Assembly: GCA_030753015.1 (NCBI GenBank)
Contig: JASMDC010000006.1
Location: 80,563 to 144,562 of the forward strand
Direction: 5' to 3'
DNA from: Candidatus Undinarchaeales archaeon
GTDB lineage: Archaea; SpSt-1190; JASMDC01
Length of the DNA stretch: 64,000 nucleotides
In this document: positions 1 through 9,506 of the stretch, one piece after another
Numbering within the stretch: the stretch's first letter is position 1
How the letters are laid out: the number at the start of each line of letters is the position of its first letter
Translations under genes and position numbers: made by a program
Notes under the pieces: model-generated
Told to the model about the DNA's origin: nothing
What the model saw: the letters and a program-made list of their open reading frames with translations, nothing else
Databases searched by the model: none

Positions 1-800
1 TAGCCAAGCTCCTTGACACCGTTCTCGATGGCGGCCCTTCGCGCCTTTACTATCCGGTTGATCGAGTTCCCAAACGCTTTGCCGGTTATACCTGTTGCAG
101 GGTCGAGCACAAGCCGCTCAAGACCGGCGGCTTCGGCCTTCCGTACAAGGGTTCCCAGCTTCGATAGGCTCTTCGAGTAGAGGACGAGGGTCGCATCGTA
201 CGTCTTGGCGAGGGAAACGAAAGCGTCGAAGTTCTTGGCCGTCGCGGTGTACATGACGGGGTTCTTCCCCTTGAGGACCTTGAGACCCTCCTCCATCATC
301 TTCGGATCGACCGTGCAGAGCATGAACGGCTTGTCCGTCTCTTTCAAGGCGAGCTCGATGGCTTTCTTGAACTTGGCCGGATCGTCCGATGCGCACCGGA
401 TGGCGACCATGTCCAGGTTAAGCATGACCCCCAGTCGTTCTATTGAGAATGTGTTGACGAACGCGATACGCTCCTTGATCATCTTCTCATCCATGGTATC
501 GGCGATGTCGACGGCGATGGCCGTCGGATTGAAGTACTTGAGCTCGTGCCGGTAGAGCACCTCCTCGCCGCCGATCGTGATGGTGGACGCACCACTGCCG
601 ATCGTGACCTCCTTGATGGGCGGGGTGAGGATGTCGACGAGCACCAGCCGTTCCATGTCGGTCATGGTGCCGCAGCTCTCGGGGGTCTTCTCCCGCTGGA
701 TCAGCTTCAAGGCCAGGGCCATGCACGATTCCTCACCACAGGCCTCGCAGTTCTTGCCGGGGAGGTACTTGTATATCATCATTGGTGTGAGTCTTGGCAT
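1..800 (-). CDS. cdhE: ACDS complex gamma subunit (corrinoid Fe-S protein large subunit), 5' part only; runs off the left edge
   Basis: Not in the ORF track because there is no stop in the window. Manual translation from ATG at 800 gives MPRLTPMMIYKYLPGKNCEACGEESCMALA...IGGEEVLYRHELKYFNPTAIAVD, with the CxxCxxxxC Fe-S motif. Lies directly after cdhD. Confidence 0.93.
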   Translation of the reverse strand, partial: MPRLTPMMIYKYLPGKNCEACGEESCMALALKLIQREKTPESCGTMTDMERLVLVDILTPPIKEVTIGSGASTITIGGEEVLYRHELKYFNPTAIAVDIADTMDEKMIKERIAFVNTFSIERLGVMLNLDMVAIRCASDDPAKFKKAIELALKETDKPFMLCTVDPKMMEEGLKVLKGKNPVMYTATAKNFDAFVSLAKTYDATLVLYSKSLSKLGTLVRKAEAAGLERLVLDPATGITGKAFGNSINRIVKARRAAIENGVKELG

Positions 801-804
801 CCTT

Positions 805-2025
805 TCATACCCCCTTGATCCATTGCTCAGGTTTCATCGGCTTCGACTCGTCCTTCTCGATGAGGAGCTGCTCGGTGATCGATTGGAGGGCCTCGATCGC
901 GCCGGGGTGTAGCATCATGAAGATGTCCGAACCGGAGAGCAATGCCATGAGCCCGGTTGTCGCCTCCCATAACGGGCCGCGGTAGAGCTTCTCGCCCCAA
1001 GCATCGTTCTTACGCCAGGCCTCCCTGGCGGCCCACGCATTGGAGGTCCCCGAGAGGATCGGATAGTTCAGGTCCTTGTCGCCGCGGAACGACATCTGGC
1101 GGATCCGCTCCATGGTGGTGATGGTGTACTCCACACCGTAGCCCAGAGAACCTGTGAAGGTGTCCATGACGATGCTGTTCCTTGGAACCCCCGCGACGAC
1201 CAATGCCCGGGTCAGGGTCTTCTGGGCGGCAGGGTCCATAGTGGCCAGGGCGAGCACTGCGTGATTGTGCTCTATTACCGCCGGGGCGATCGTCTCGTAG
1301 TTATCGCTCAGCGCCGCTGACAGGAGCACCCGTTCTCCGGAGGCCGCTTCAGCGGCCTTCACCAGCACGGGCGGGTCCTTCTTCCGGTTCCCAGAACCCG
1401 AGATGATCATCGGGACCTTGATCTCCTTGAGCATATCCTCGATGAGCGCGGCGGAGTCCTCTGGTGAGGTATCCTTCCCGTTGATGGGATCGGTAGATAT
1501 CAGATGGAGCGTGATCATCTTGGCATTGTAACGCTCGATGGCCGTCTTCGCCCATTCCACGGGGCTGTCCATGACGCCATCGTAGTACATCCTCACTGCC
1601 TTGGGGAGACTGAGCTCCATGTCGAAGATGTCGAAGGAGAACACAGGGATGTTCGGGACATTCGCCTCGAATGTGTAGAATGGCATGGTCTTCTGGCCGC
1701 CGATGACGAGGCTGTAGTCCCGGGTTCCACCTTCCTCCTTCGTCGCACCAAGAGTGACCTCAAGGATGTCCTGCTTCCATTCGGCGATAGGTGCCTCGAA
1801 CTTGAAGGGCCCGACCTTCTTGGGAAGGGCACCTGGCGCAGCGGCCATTCCCGGCGCCGCTCCGCCCATCATCTGGACAAGGACCTGCGTCAGGCTCGGA
1901 GTGAGCTCGAGCACGAGCTCGTCTGCCTCGATGGACACGTTCTCCAGTTCGAGCCGCTTGACCGTGGACATAAGTTCAGCGATCGTTCCTGCTCCATTGT
2001 TTTTCTTCTTCTTCTCTTCTGCCAT
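805..2025 (-). CDS. cdhD: ACDS complex delta subunit (corrinoid Fe-S protein small subunit)
   Basis: EVTLGATKEEGGTR, ITLHLISTDP, SGSGNRKKD, LGYGVEY, NAWAAREAW, RGPLWE and MMLHP motifs. Start at ATG 2025 or GTG 2034. Confidence 0.95.
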   Translation of the reverse strand: MAEEKKKKNNGAGTIAELMSTVKRLELENVSIEADELVLELTPSLTQVLVQMMGGAAPGMAAAPGALPKKVGPFKFEAPIAEWKQDILEVTLGATKEEGGTRDYSLVIGGQKTMPFYTFEANVPNIPVFSFDIFDMELSLPKAVRMYYDGVMDSPVEWAKTAIERYNAKMITLHLISTDPINGKDTSPEDSAALIEDMLKEIKVPMIISGSGNRKKDPPVLVKAAEAASGERVLLSAALSDNYETIAPAVIEHNHAVLALATMDPAAQKTLTRALVVAGVPRNSIVMDTFTGSLGYGVEYTITTMERIRQMSFRGDKDLNYPILSGTSNAWAAREAWRKNDAWGEKLYRGPLWEATTGLMALLSGSDIFMMLHPGAIEALQSITEQLLIEKDESKPMKPEQWIKGV

Positions 2026-2041
2026 GGTGATCACTACCTTA

Positions 2042-2794
2042 TCATGAAAAGATACTACCGCACAGTTTCGTGACGGCCATAAAAGCGGGCGATTCTTCCT
2101 TGAGGGACGCTACGGGGCGGCCCTCCAGGTCGAGCTCGGTCACGTATTCGTCGAACGGGACGATAGCATCGATATCGAGGCCCATTTCCTGTGCTTTGGA
2201 TAGGAATAAATCGGCCTGACCGTCCCGGATCTTGTTCCCGACGACGAAGAGCTTGCCGACATTGAGCTCTAGGTCATTGGACATCTTGCGGATCGAATAG
2301 GCGGTCTTGAGGGAGTTGAGGGATTGGTCGGTGACCACTACCAATTTATCGACATCCCGGGTGGTAGTTCTACTTAGGTGCTCAAGTCCTGCCTCGGCAT
2401 CGATTACCACGTGGTCATAGCTATCCTTCGCGCTGTCGATGATGTTCCTCAGAAGATGGTTGACCGAGCAGTAGCACCCTCGCCCCTCCGGCCGGCCCAT
2501 GATGAGCAGATCGCAGTTTGGTCCCTCGATGGTGATCTCGAAGATCTTGCCGTCCAGCCACTCACGCTTTGTAACGCTGGGGGCGAGCTTGTCCTTTTCA
2601 GCGAGCAACTGCTCACGGACATCTCCAATGGAACGCGACATTTCGAGACCGAGGGAGAAGGCCAGGTTGGCGTCCGGGTCGGCATCGACCGCAAGGATGG
2701 ATGCGTCAGGGAACGTCTTGCGAAGCTGTGTGACCAGTACACTGGAGACAAACGTCTTGCCCGTACCGCCCTTGCCTGAGACTGCGATGATCAC
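2042..2794 (-). CDS. cooC: CooC/AcsF-type nickel-insertion ATPase
   Basis: SGKGGTGKT Walker A, VDADPD, GCYC metal motif, DAEAGLEHLSR; located inside the cdh operon. Confidence 0.92.
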   Translation of the reverse strand: MIIAVSGKGGTGKTFVSSVLVTQLRKTFPDASILAVDADPDANLAFSLGLEMSRSIGDVREQLLAEKDKLAPSVTKREWLDGKIFEITIEGPNCDLLIMGRPEGRGCYCSVNHLLRNIIDSAKDSYDHVVIDAEAGLEHLSRTTTRDVDKLVVVTDQSLNSLKTAYSIRKMSNDLELNVGKLFVVGNKIRDGQADLFLSKAQEMGLDIDAIVPFDEYVTELDLEGRPVASLKEESPAFMAVTKLCGSIFS

Positions 2795-2809
2795 GAACAG
2801 TCACCCGTC

Positions 2810-4237
2810 CTACTCCTTCGCCTTCTGGATGATGACCTTGTCAGCGTAGATCCTGGCGTTCTTGAAGGTGAACTTGAAGCCACCGCCGCCCGGAACGGTC
2901 ATTGCCGGGAGCGTCATAGCGGGTGCACCTGCCGGGACCTGCATGAGAGTAGCGGGAGATGCGGTCACTGGTACGATCTCGCTTGCTGCTGGAGCGGGTG
3001 CCTCGGCCGGAATCTCTTCTTCCACCGGTTTTGCCCAGGCCTGAGCGAGAGGGTGCCCCTTCTCCTCGAGGAACGATTTCAGCCCCTTGAGGTTCTTGAC
3101 GTCCTCGGTAGCGATCTTGTCCTTGAACTCCTCAGGGATGAAATCCACGATGGAGTCGAAAATCACCTTGGGCATCCAGGCGACCTTGGTCCAGCCGCCG
3201 TCCCCTTGGAGGAACTTCTTGGACCGGAAATACTCGACTGCCGTCCCCAGGAATCCCTCGGTCTGCTCGCCGCCGCCGGTCTGTTCCGCCATCTGGGAGA
3301 ACTTCAGACCGTTCACACAGGTCTCCATGTACTCCCTGTTGACGAGACCGACACCGTCGATCTCAGGGATGTAGAACACGATGGCCTCGAAGCAACCGCA
3401 TGATGTGTGGGGCAGTCCGAACATGGAGTGGAGGTAGATCTCCTTGGTAACTCCGCCCGACTTCTCGTCAACGGCCTCGTCCACACCGGAATATTGTCCC
3501 TTACCAGCGTCCAGTACCTCGCCCTTCTCGATCACGAAGTTGGGGCCTTCCGGATCGATCCGTGCGCTGGCACGTGCATCGAACCAGGAGATCGCGCCGC
3601 ACAGGGCCATGCGCTCAGGGGTGATGACACAGATGTGGATGGGTGCAAAGGACTGGCAGAGGATACAGCCATAGAACTCGTCCACCTCGTCGTCCGTCAG
3701 TGTCCGCGCCCGGGCATCACGTGCCTCGTAGATCTCGCGTGCGCTCTTGATCCTCGACTCGATATCCTTCTCGTCGGTGTAGATGAATGCCTCCATCTTC
3801 TCGATGAACTTGAACTCCTGCTTCATCAGCTGGATGGTGATCTTTCCGAGATGCTCTAGGGTGAGGCCTTTCTTCACGTCCTCCTTGTTGACCCTGATCC
3901 AGATATCGTAGCGCTGGTTCAGGTGCATCACGCCCTCGACGTAATTGAAGAAGTCGTGGATCCTCCGCTCGAGCACCGGCTCCAGGTCCTTCTCCATCTT
4001 CTTGCCGGCGACGTGAAAGATGATCGCGATAGGGGCTCTCGAGCGAGCCTCGAAATCGGCCAGGCCCTTCCCGACGACGGTCACCTTCCCGTCCTTGACG
4101 TCTTTTGGCGCCTTCATCTGGACCAGCTCGAACTTGTTCGGTACCTTCGGGCCACCGAACTCGACATGCATCTGTTGTTGCCTGATCCGCTCTCCCTCGT
4201 GGACGATTCCCACTTCTACTGGTATGTCCTCGAACAT
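2810..4237 (-). CDS. cdhC: ACDS complex beta subunit (acetyl-CoA synthase)
   Basis: MHLNQRYDIW; A-cluster ligands CILCQSFAPxHxC...LCGAISW and PHTSCGCFE; Ala/Pro-rich C-terminal linker. Confidence 0.97.
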   Translation of the reverse strand: MFEDIPVEVGIVHEGERIRQQQMHVEFGGPKVPNKFELVQMKAPKDVKDGKVTVVGKGLADFEARSRAPIAIIFHVAGKKMEKDLEPVLERRIHDFFNYVEGVMHLNQRYDIWIRVNKEDVKKGLTLEHLGKITIQLMKQEFKFIEKMEAFIYTDEKDIESRIKSAREIYEARDARARTLTDDEVDEFYGCILCQSFAPIHICVITPERMALCGAISWFDARASARIDPEGPNFVIEKGEVLDAGKGQYSGVDEAVDEKSGGVTKEIYLHSMFGLPHTSCGCFEAIVFYIPEIDGVGLVNREYMETCVNGLKFSQMAEQTGGGEQTEGFLGTAVEYFRSKKFLQGDGGWTKVAWMPKVIFDSIVDFIPEEFKDKIATEDVKNLKGLKSFLEEKGHPLAQAWAKPVEEEIPAEAPAPAASEIVPVTASPATLMQVPAGAPAMTLPAMTVPGGGGFKFTFKNARIYADKVIIQKAKE

Positions 4238-4240
4238 TCA

Positions 4241-4720
4241 TCATCCCTCCAAGATCGTGTCTATCATTTTCTTCCAGCTCTTTTCGCTCATGTTAGCGAG
4301 TGAATAGGTAGCATTTGGTTGGCCGAACCTTGAGAGGTTGACCGATATCTTCTTCGAGAAGTGCTTGAGGTGACTAAAGGCCGCCGATTTCATGTAGTAC
4401 GGGAATCCGATGATGAACACCACTTCGACCTCGTCGTCGTCCTTGAACCGTGAGAGGTATGCGTAGAGGTTAGTTGTATATTCCGGCTCCTTCTTGGTGA
4501 GGTTCTTGAGGAGCTTGTACCCGCTCCCCACACCGATCAGCCTCATGTTCTTGCGCTTCACCGCCGTCTTCGCGAGCTTCCCAGCAAGGTCCGGATCGGT
4601 GTGCGCGCCCATGAGCACGAGGCACTTCTTCTTAAGCAGCGCAGCCGCGATCTTCTCGTTCAGCTGGCGAGCCCGCTTCGAGCCGGGGACGTTGCCGAGG
4701 TTCCACGCCTCCACCGACAT
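4241..4720 (-). CDS. cdhB: ACDS complex epsilon subunit
   Basis: 159 aa between cdhA and cdhC; GFPYY..S...HLKHF and QPNATYSLAN motifs; start overlaps the cdhA stop. Confidence 0.88.
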   Translation of the reverse strand: MSVEAWNLGNVPGSKRARQLNEKIAAALLKKKCLVLMGAHTDPDLAGKLAKTAVKRKNMRLIGVGSGYKLLKNLTKKEPEYTTNLYAYLSRFKDDDEVEVVFIIGFPYYMKSAAFSHLKHFSKKISVNLSRFGQPNATYSLANMSEKSWKKMIDTILEG

Positions 4721-7023
4721 CAGACCCTCACCTGCCTTTCCAGCAATGTCGGATCCACCGTCTTCTTCCGCTTCCAGCCCTTCTTCTTCAGTTCCTTGAG
4801 TAGCATTTCCCGGGAGGTGAGCGGGATGTCCTGTTCGGTGCGGATGAACTTATCGATGTCGTCCGGGAACCGGTCCAGGTACTTATGTGAGAGGTCGATG
4901 TAATGCGACAGCTTTATCTGGCGGCCCTTGGTGGTGTCGTTGGGCCGGATGCAGAGCTTGCAGGCCATGACGATGGTCTCCTCCACGGTCTCAGCGACGT
5001 AGAGGAGGTGCTCTGGGCACGGATCGATCTGGACCTGCTCGCCGTCCCGGGCGTTTAACACCGTCCACGCCTCGGGATCGTCCGCGTCCCCGAGCATCAG
5101 GCGTCGGTAGATGTTCCCCTGGGGCCCGACTATCACCGGAATCCCCATACGGTTCACGCCCGTGGCGATGGATGCCGCCTTCTGGGCATACGCACCCCAG
5201 GCAATGCCCACAGCGCCCAGTCGGTTGAGGATGTAGTCCGCGATCTCCTCGTAGTTTGCCCTGAGCTTCCGATGGGCGAAGATGGCCGCCACCTTAACAG
5301 CGGCCCCCAGGATGTGGGCGTTGGCCACGCATGAGCCCACGTTGACCAGGCAACCCTTGTCGAAGTCGCCCGGATACCGCTCGAACAGGTCCGAGTAGAT
5401 GGCGATGTCCATGGCGGTGCAGCCGGACACGGCCACGATGTATCCCCTCTTGAGGAATTCCTCGGCGATGGTCGCGTTGACGCTGCCGCCCTCGTGGTTG
5501 GGGCATCCGACCATAGCAATGATCCCGGGGATCTCCCCGAATACGATGGGCTGCCCAACAGTCCGGATCTCAACATCCTGGATAGGGCCTCTGCCGACCC
5601 TCAGCTTGGATTTCTGGTTCGCGATCTTGTCCTTGGCGGCCGCCAGGACCATCTCGGTGATGGGCAGATCCTTATCGCAGGCGCTCTCGCACTTCCCACA
5701 GCCCATGCACTCGTCGAAGAACCTGCCGAGCTCCGATTCGTCCCCATCTGCGGCCTTCTTCATGGCCCCGGGGACGTCCTTGTTGAAGTGGCAGTTTCGC
5801 CGGCATAGCTGACACTGGGTGCAAGTGCTCGCCAGCTCGGCCAGGTTGAGCTTGAGGTAGGGGTTTTTCTTGGACTTTCGCTTCTTGAACATGTCTCGGG
5901 CCAGCTCCACGGCCACCTCGCCCACCTTGTCGAAGTCGGGGATGTACGCACCGGGGAACTCGCCGCCCTTCAGCTTGTCGATGATGACCGCAGGCTCCTC
6001 GTTGGTCATGTCCGGAAGCCCGGCAGTAGCCTTGTTCGATGTCGTCAAGAGAGGGGTGTTGGTGGCCTTTGCGTGCTCCAGCACGTCGGTCCGGATGCAC
6101 TGCTCGTCGACGACGATCACGTCGGCGACACCCATCTTGAGGAACCTCAGTTGCATGGAGAGGGGCCCTATGACCTTCGCCCGGTGGTCGTGCCGCGTGA
6201 TGTCGTGTGAGGTGCAACATATCCCTGCCAGTTCAACCTTGTCGTACAGGTCATTCTTGTCCAGATAATCAGATACATCTGTACCGGACACCAGGTTGTG
6301 GCCGATGAGCAGGATGACGGGTTTGTCCGAGTCCACTACTCCCATACCTATGTCCACCAGGGGTGTGTCACTCTCGCCTTTAGGCATGTCGAACCCGATG
6401 ATCTGGATGATGTCCGCGACCTCCATGGCAAGGATGTCGATCATGCTCACGTGGAATGTCTTGGAGTTGAGGTCGATGTCATCGCCCTCATCGCCGGTGT
6501 GGGTGGATGCGAGGGCGTGGATGATCTCCGCCTCGCAGTAGTTGAGCACCTTCCTGAAGTCCCCGAACCTTCGCGGCTTGATGCCTGTAATGAGCCTGGT
6601 GAGCGGTGCCTCGATGGTGATCTGGCCGCCAAGGTCGACCTTTGTATTGGCTCCCTCCCTCTCGATGAGCACCTCTAAGAGGTGGCGGGCGTGGGCTGCG
6701 TGGGCGGAGGCCCCGATGCAACAGGCAAGAAGTACGATCCTTGCCTGTTGGGCATCGATCTTGATGCCGCATGCGCCCTTCTTCCCCATGAGATCGCACT
6801 TACCCATAGTGCACAGGTCGCAAATATCACTTGCGGGCATGTAGAACGGCTTATACCTCTTCAGGAGCTTGTGATCCCATTCCCTGAGATCGGTAAGACC
6901 GGGGAACGGCGTGGGGCCTTCTTCCTCCTCCCAGTCTTCGACGACCTCGCCGATGTTGATTTGAAGTTTGCCGATATCCGTATCTAGGATATCTTTTGTG
7001 GAATCCGCTTCTTTCTCACCCAT
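4720..7023 (-). CDS. cdhA: ACDS complex alpha subunit (archaeal Ni-CO dehydrogenase)
   Basis: CDLCTMGKC...GACG, HAAHARH, IGHN, GICCT, DEQC, two ferredoxin-type Cys motifs, GCPN, SGCTAM, GSCVAN. ATG 7023 follows a GGAGGTG RBS. Confidence 0.97.
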   Translation of the reverse strand: MGEKEADSTKDILDTDIGKLQINIGEVVEDWEEEEGPTPFPGLTDLREWDHKLLKRYKPFYMPASDICDLCTMGKCDLMGKKGACGIKIDAQQARIVLLACCIGASAHAAHARHLLEVLIEREGANTKVDLGGQITIEAPLTRLITGIKPRRFGDFRKVLNYCEAEIIHALASTHTGDEGDDIDLNSKTFHVSMIDILAMEVADIIQIIGFDMPKGESDTPLVDIGMGVVDSDKPVILLIGHNLVSGTDVSDYLDKNDLYDKVELAGICCTSHDITRHDHRAKVIGPLSMQLRFLKMGVADVIVVDEQCIRTDVLEHAKATNTPLLTTSNKATAGLPDMTNEEPAVIIDKLKGGEFPGAYIPDFDKVGEVAVELARDMFKKRKSKKNPYLKLNLAELASTCTQCQLCRRNCHFNKDVPGAMKKAADGDESELGRFFDECMGCGKCESACDKDLPITEMVLAAAKDKIANQKSKLRVGRGPIQDVEIRTVGQPIVFGEIPGIIAMVGCPNHEGGSVNATIAEEFLKRGYIVAVSGCTAMDIAIYSDLFERYPGDFDKGCLVNVGSCVANAHILGAAVKVAAIFAHRKLRANYEEIADYILNRLGAVGIAWGAYAQKAASIATGVNRMGIPVIVGPQGNIYRRLMLGDADDPEAWTVLNARDGEQVQIDPCPEHLLYVAETVEETIVMACKLCIRPNDTTKGRQIKLSHYIDLSHKYLDRFPDDIDKFIRTEQDIPLTSREMLLKELKKKGWKRKKTVDPTLLERQVRV

Positions 7024-7087
7024 GCTGAGCGCACCTCCGTCCAGTGCCGGAAAAACACTCTCCCGGACACGTCGGGAGAAAGCCGAA

Positions 7088-7104
7088 ACGTTAATATATA
7101 TACC
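7088..7104 (-). promoter_or_regulatory. Putative TATA box of the cdh operon
   Basis: TATATATTAA on the minus strand about 70 nt upstream of the cdhA ATG, in otherwise GC-rich DNA. Confidence 0.55.
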
Positions 7105-7353
7105 GTATGCGCAAGCTGTAATACACAAAGGTGGCTCTTACAAGGGTTCGCATAAATTGGCTCCTTTTATCATCGTAAGCTCACCGAGGTAAAACAATAA
7201 CAAGTGCTTCACCTTATCGAGGATATACCTCAAAGTGAGAGGAGTTTCCGCATCGACAATGAGCGGCGGTCTTCGACCACTCTCGATTGGGTGCCCAAAT
7301 CCACGAAGGTTTGGATGACCTCCCGAACACCCGATCGTCGGACTATCAGCTGA

Positions 7354-8364
7354 TTATTCGCTTCCTACGATCTGTCCCGCGATCTCCTGTACCTTGATCG
7401 CGTTGTCGATAGTGATGTCGGGCGTCTTGCCCTGGAGGATGGACTGGACGAAGTGGGCGTCCGTCTGGCGGTGTCCCCACACCCTCGTGCCCCGCACCGA
7501 AAGGTCCCATTCCTGCCGCTCCGGCTCGGAGCCGTAGAGGATAATCTTATCGGTGTTGATGGCGTGGAGTACGTTCGTGTTGTCCCCGTACACCTCTAGC
7601 CGGCTGATGGCGGCTGCGGCGTTGGTGGTGGCCCCGTAGTGCAGATTGCCAACGATCCCGTTGGAGAGCTTGATCACGCCCATGGTGTTGTAACCGGTAA
7701 TCCCGCCGGCTTCCTCGAGCTTGGGGTAGCTGGGTTTCCATGCCACGCTCTCGATCTCACAATCGAACATCCACCGGAACATGTCAAGCGACCATACCGA
7801 GAGGGTGAAGTCGGGATATCCGCCGCTCTTCTCTAGGTTCCAGGCCCAGGATCCAGGGGGCCACTGCTCTGCCAGTGCCGAAGCCGGGATGAACTCGCGG
7901 AAGTGGAGGGCGATGGGCTTGCCGATAGTTCCGGCCTTGATCATCTCCTTGATCTTGACGTAGATCGGTGCGAACCGGAAGTTGAGGTTGGGCATCAGGA
8001 CGACCCCTGCTTCCTCGGCGGCCTTGCCAAGCTCCTTCGTCTGCTCGATGGTCGCGGCTACCGGCATCTCACAAAGGACGTGCTTCCCCTTCTTGATGGC
8101 CTGCATGGCCATGTTGTAATGGAGGGGTGTCGGGAGCGAGAGCACAACGGCCTCAACCTTTTCGTCCTCCAGGAGCTCATTATAATCCAGGTAGTACGGC
8201 ACGTCGTACTTCTTCGCAAGGGGCTTCACCCGATCCTCTGCCAGATCGCAGAGGGCTATAAGATTCGAACCCTCGATCTTCTTGAAAGCGGGGACATGCG
8301 CCTGCCCCCCGACGAAACCTACGCCAACGACAGCGACTCCAACATTATCAGCCATAATATTCAC
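7354..8364 (-). CDS. Gfo/Idh/MocA-family NAD(P)-dependent oxidoreductase (divergent active site)
   Basis: VAVVGVGFVG Rossmann motif, PTPLH, GKHVLCEMP (canonical EKP), NFRFAP. Confidence 0.88.
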   Translation of the reverse strand: MNIMADNVGVAVVGVGFVGGQAHVPAFKKIEGSNLIALCDLAEDRVKPLAKKYDVPYYLDYNELLEDEKVEAVVLSLPTPLHYNMAMQAIKKGKHVLCEMPVAATIEQTKELGKAAEEAGVVLMPNLNFRFAPIYVKIKEMIKAGTIGKPIALHFREFIPASALAEQWPPGSWAWNLEKSGGYPDFTLSVWSLDMFRWMFDCEIESVAWKPSYPKLEEAGGITGYNTMGVIKLSNGIVGNLHYGATTNAAAAISRLEVYGDNTNVLHAINTDKIILYGSEPERQEWDLSVRGTRVWGHRQTDAHFVQSILQGKTPDITIDNAIKVQEIAGQIVGSE

Positions 8365-8467
8365 CCGATCACCTCTCCCCGAACCGTTGTCAATATTAAA
8401 AACCTAGCCCCTGCGCCGACTGCAAACGAAGCCGTCGGCCAGTGGTCCCGGAGAAGGCTCGGGCGTA

Positions 8468-8854
8468 TCATCCCTTAGGAAACATTTGCACGCTCTTTGC
8501 AATGCTCCTAGTCGTGATGATCCCCACGATGTCCCCGCCGTCCACGACGATGAGCCGCCTGATGTTCGACCGGCCCATGAGCGCGCTCGCCTCGCCGATT
8601 TCCCCATCCTTCTCGATGGTGATGAGGCGAGAGGACATGACTTGGTGCACGTAGGTCGTGGTGGGATCGAGCCCGTACGCCACAACCTTACGCAGGATGT
8701 CACGCTCGGTGATGATACCAATGACCTCCCCGCTTTCCTCCACGAGGACGGACCCGCGTCTCTCCCTGTCCATGAGTTTTGCAGCCTGCGCCACCGTCTT
8801 GTGGTGGTCGATCTTCATCACGTCATGCATGATGTCCTTGACCGTTAGCGTCAT
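8468..8854 (-). CDS. Tandem CBS-domain protein
   Basis: VKDIM...GIITERDIL and VM...GIITTRSI CBS pair; 128 aa; GAGGTGG RBS. Confidence 0.9.
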   Translation of the reverse strand: MTLTVKDIMHDVMKIDHHKTVAQAAKLMDRERRGSVLVEESGEVIGIITERDILRKVVAYGLDPTTTYVHQVMSSRLITIEKDGEIGEASALMGRSNIRRLIVVDGGDIVGIITTRSIAKSVQMFPKG

Positions 8855-8876
8855 TTAGTTTCCACCTCGTCATAAC

Positions 8877-9506
8877 TCAGGCAGTCTTTGCCTTGATCTT
8901 CTTGAGCTGGACGAAGCTGGAGCGCTCCATTTCGTCGAGCTTCATCTTGATGTACCTCACCGTGGCCTCCAGCTTGGGAATGAGAACGTATTCCAGAGCG
9001 TTCACGCGCCGCCTCGTCCGCTCGATCTCGAGCGCGAGGACCTTGATGGACTTCTCGGACTCGCCCAGTTTCACGATGTCCTCGAGTACCTCCTCGAACC
9101 GCTTGGCCGCCTCGTCGACCTCCGACGTGGTGCCCGCGATGGAGTAGCCTCGCTCGAGCCCAACATCCCCCACCTTGAGCCGGAAGGCCGGTGTCTTGAC
9201 GTTCATCACGCCAGTGGTAGTTATGCTGAGCATGGCCCTCCTCCTGAGGAGGAGGGAGGCAACCTCCGTGCTCTCGGCTCCGCTCACAACCTGGGCGGCG
9301 ATGAGGGCCTCGAAGGCCTCGGCCAGCCGCACCTCTGTCTTGGAGCGAAGCTTGCTCGTCCTCTGGACAATCTCCATGAACTGGCGTACCATGCCCTCGT
9401 TCTTCTCCTTCAGGAGCTTGTGGCCTTTCTTTGCGAGCTTGGTCTTCTTTTTTAGGTGGAGGAGCTCCATCCGTGTGGGGTTGACGTTGAGGATCTCCTG
9501 GGCCAC
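8877..9506 (-). CDS. atpD: A/V-type ATP synthase subunit D
   Basis: VNPTRMEL, KGHKLLKEK, TRRRVNALEY motifs. Confidence 0.96.
   Translation of the reverse strand: MAQEILNVNPTRMELLHLKKKTKLAKKGHKLLKEKNEGMVRQFMEIVQRTSKLRSKTEVRLAEAFEALIAAQVVSGAESTEVASLLLRRRAMLSITTTGVMNVKTPAFRLKVGDVGLERGYSIAGTTSEVDEAAKRFEEVLEDIVKLGESEKSIKVLALEIERTRRRVNALEYVLIPKLEATVRYIKMKLDEMERSSFVQLKKIKAKTA

Noticed and set aside
7130-7350. Short ORF MSGGLRPLSIGCPNPRRFG and weak hairpins upstream of cdhA
   Set aside because: 19 codons, no clear promoter spacing; compatible with chance in a regulatory region.
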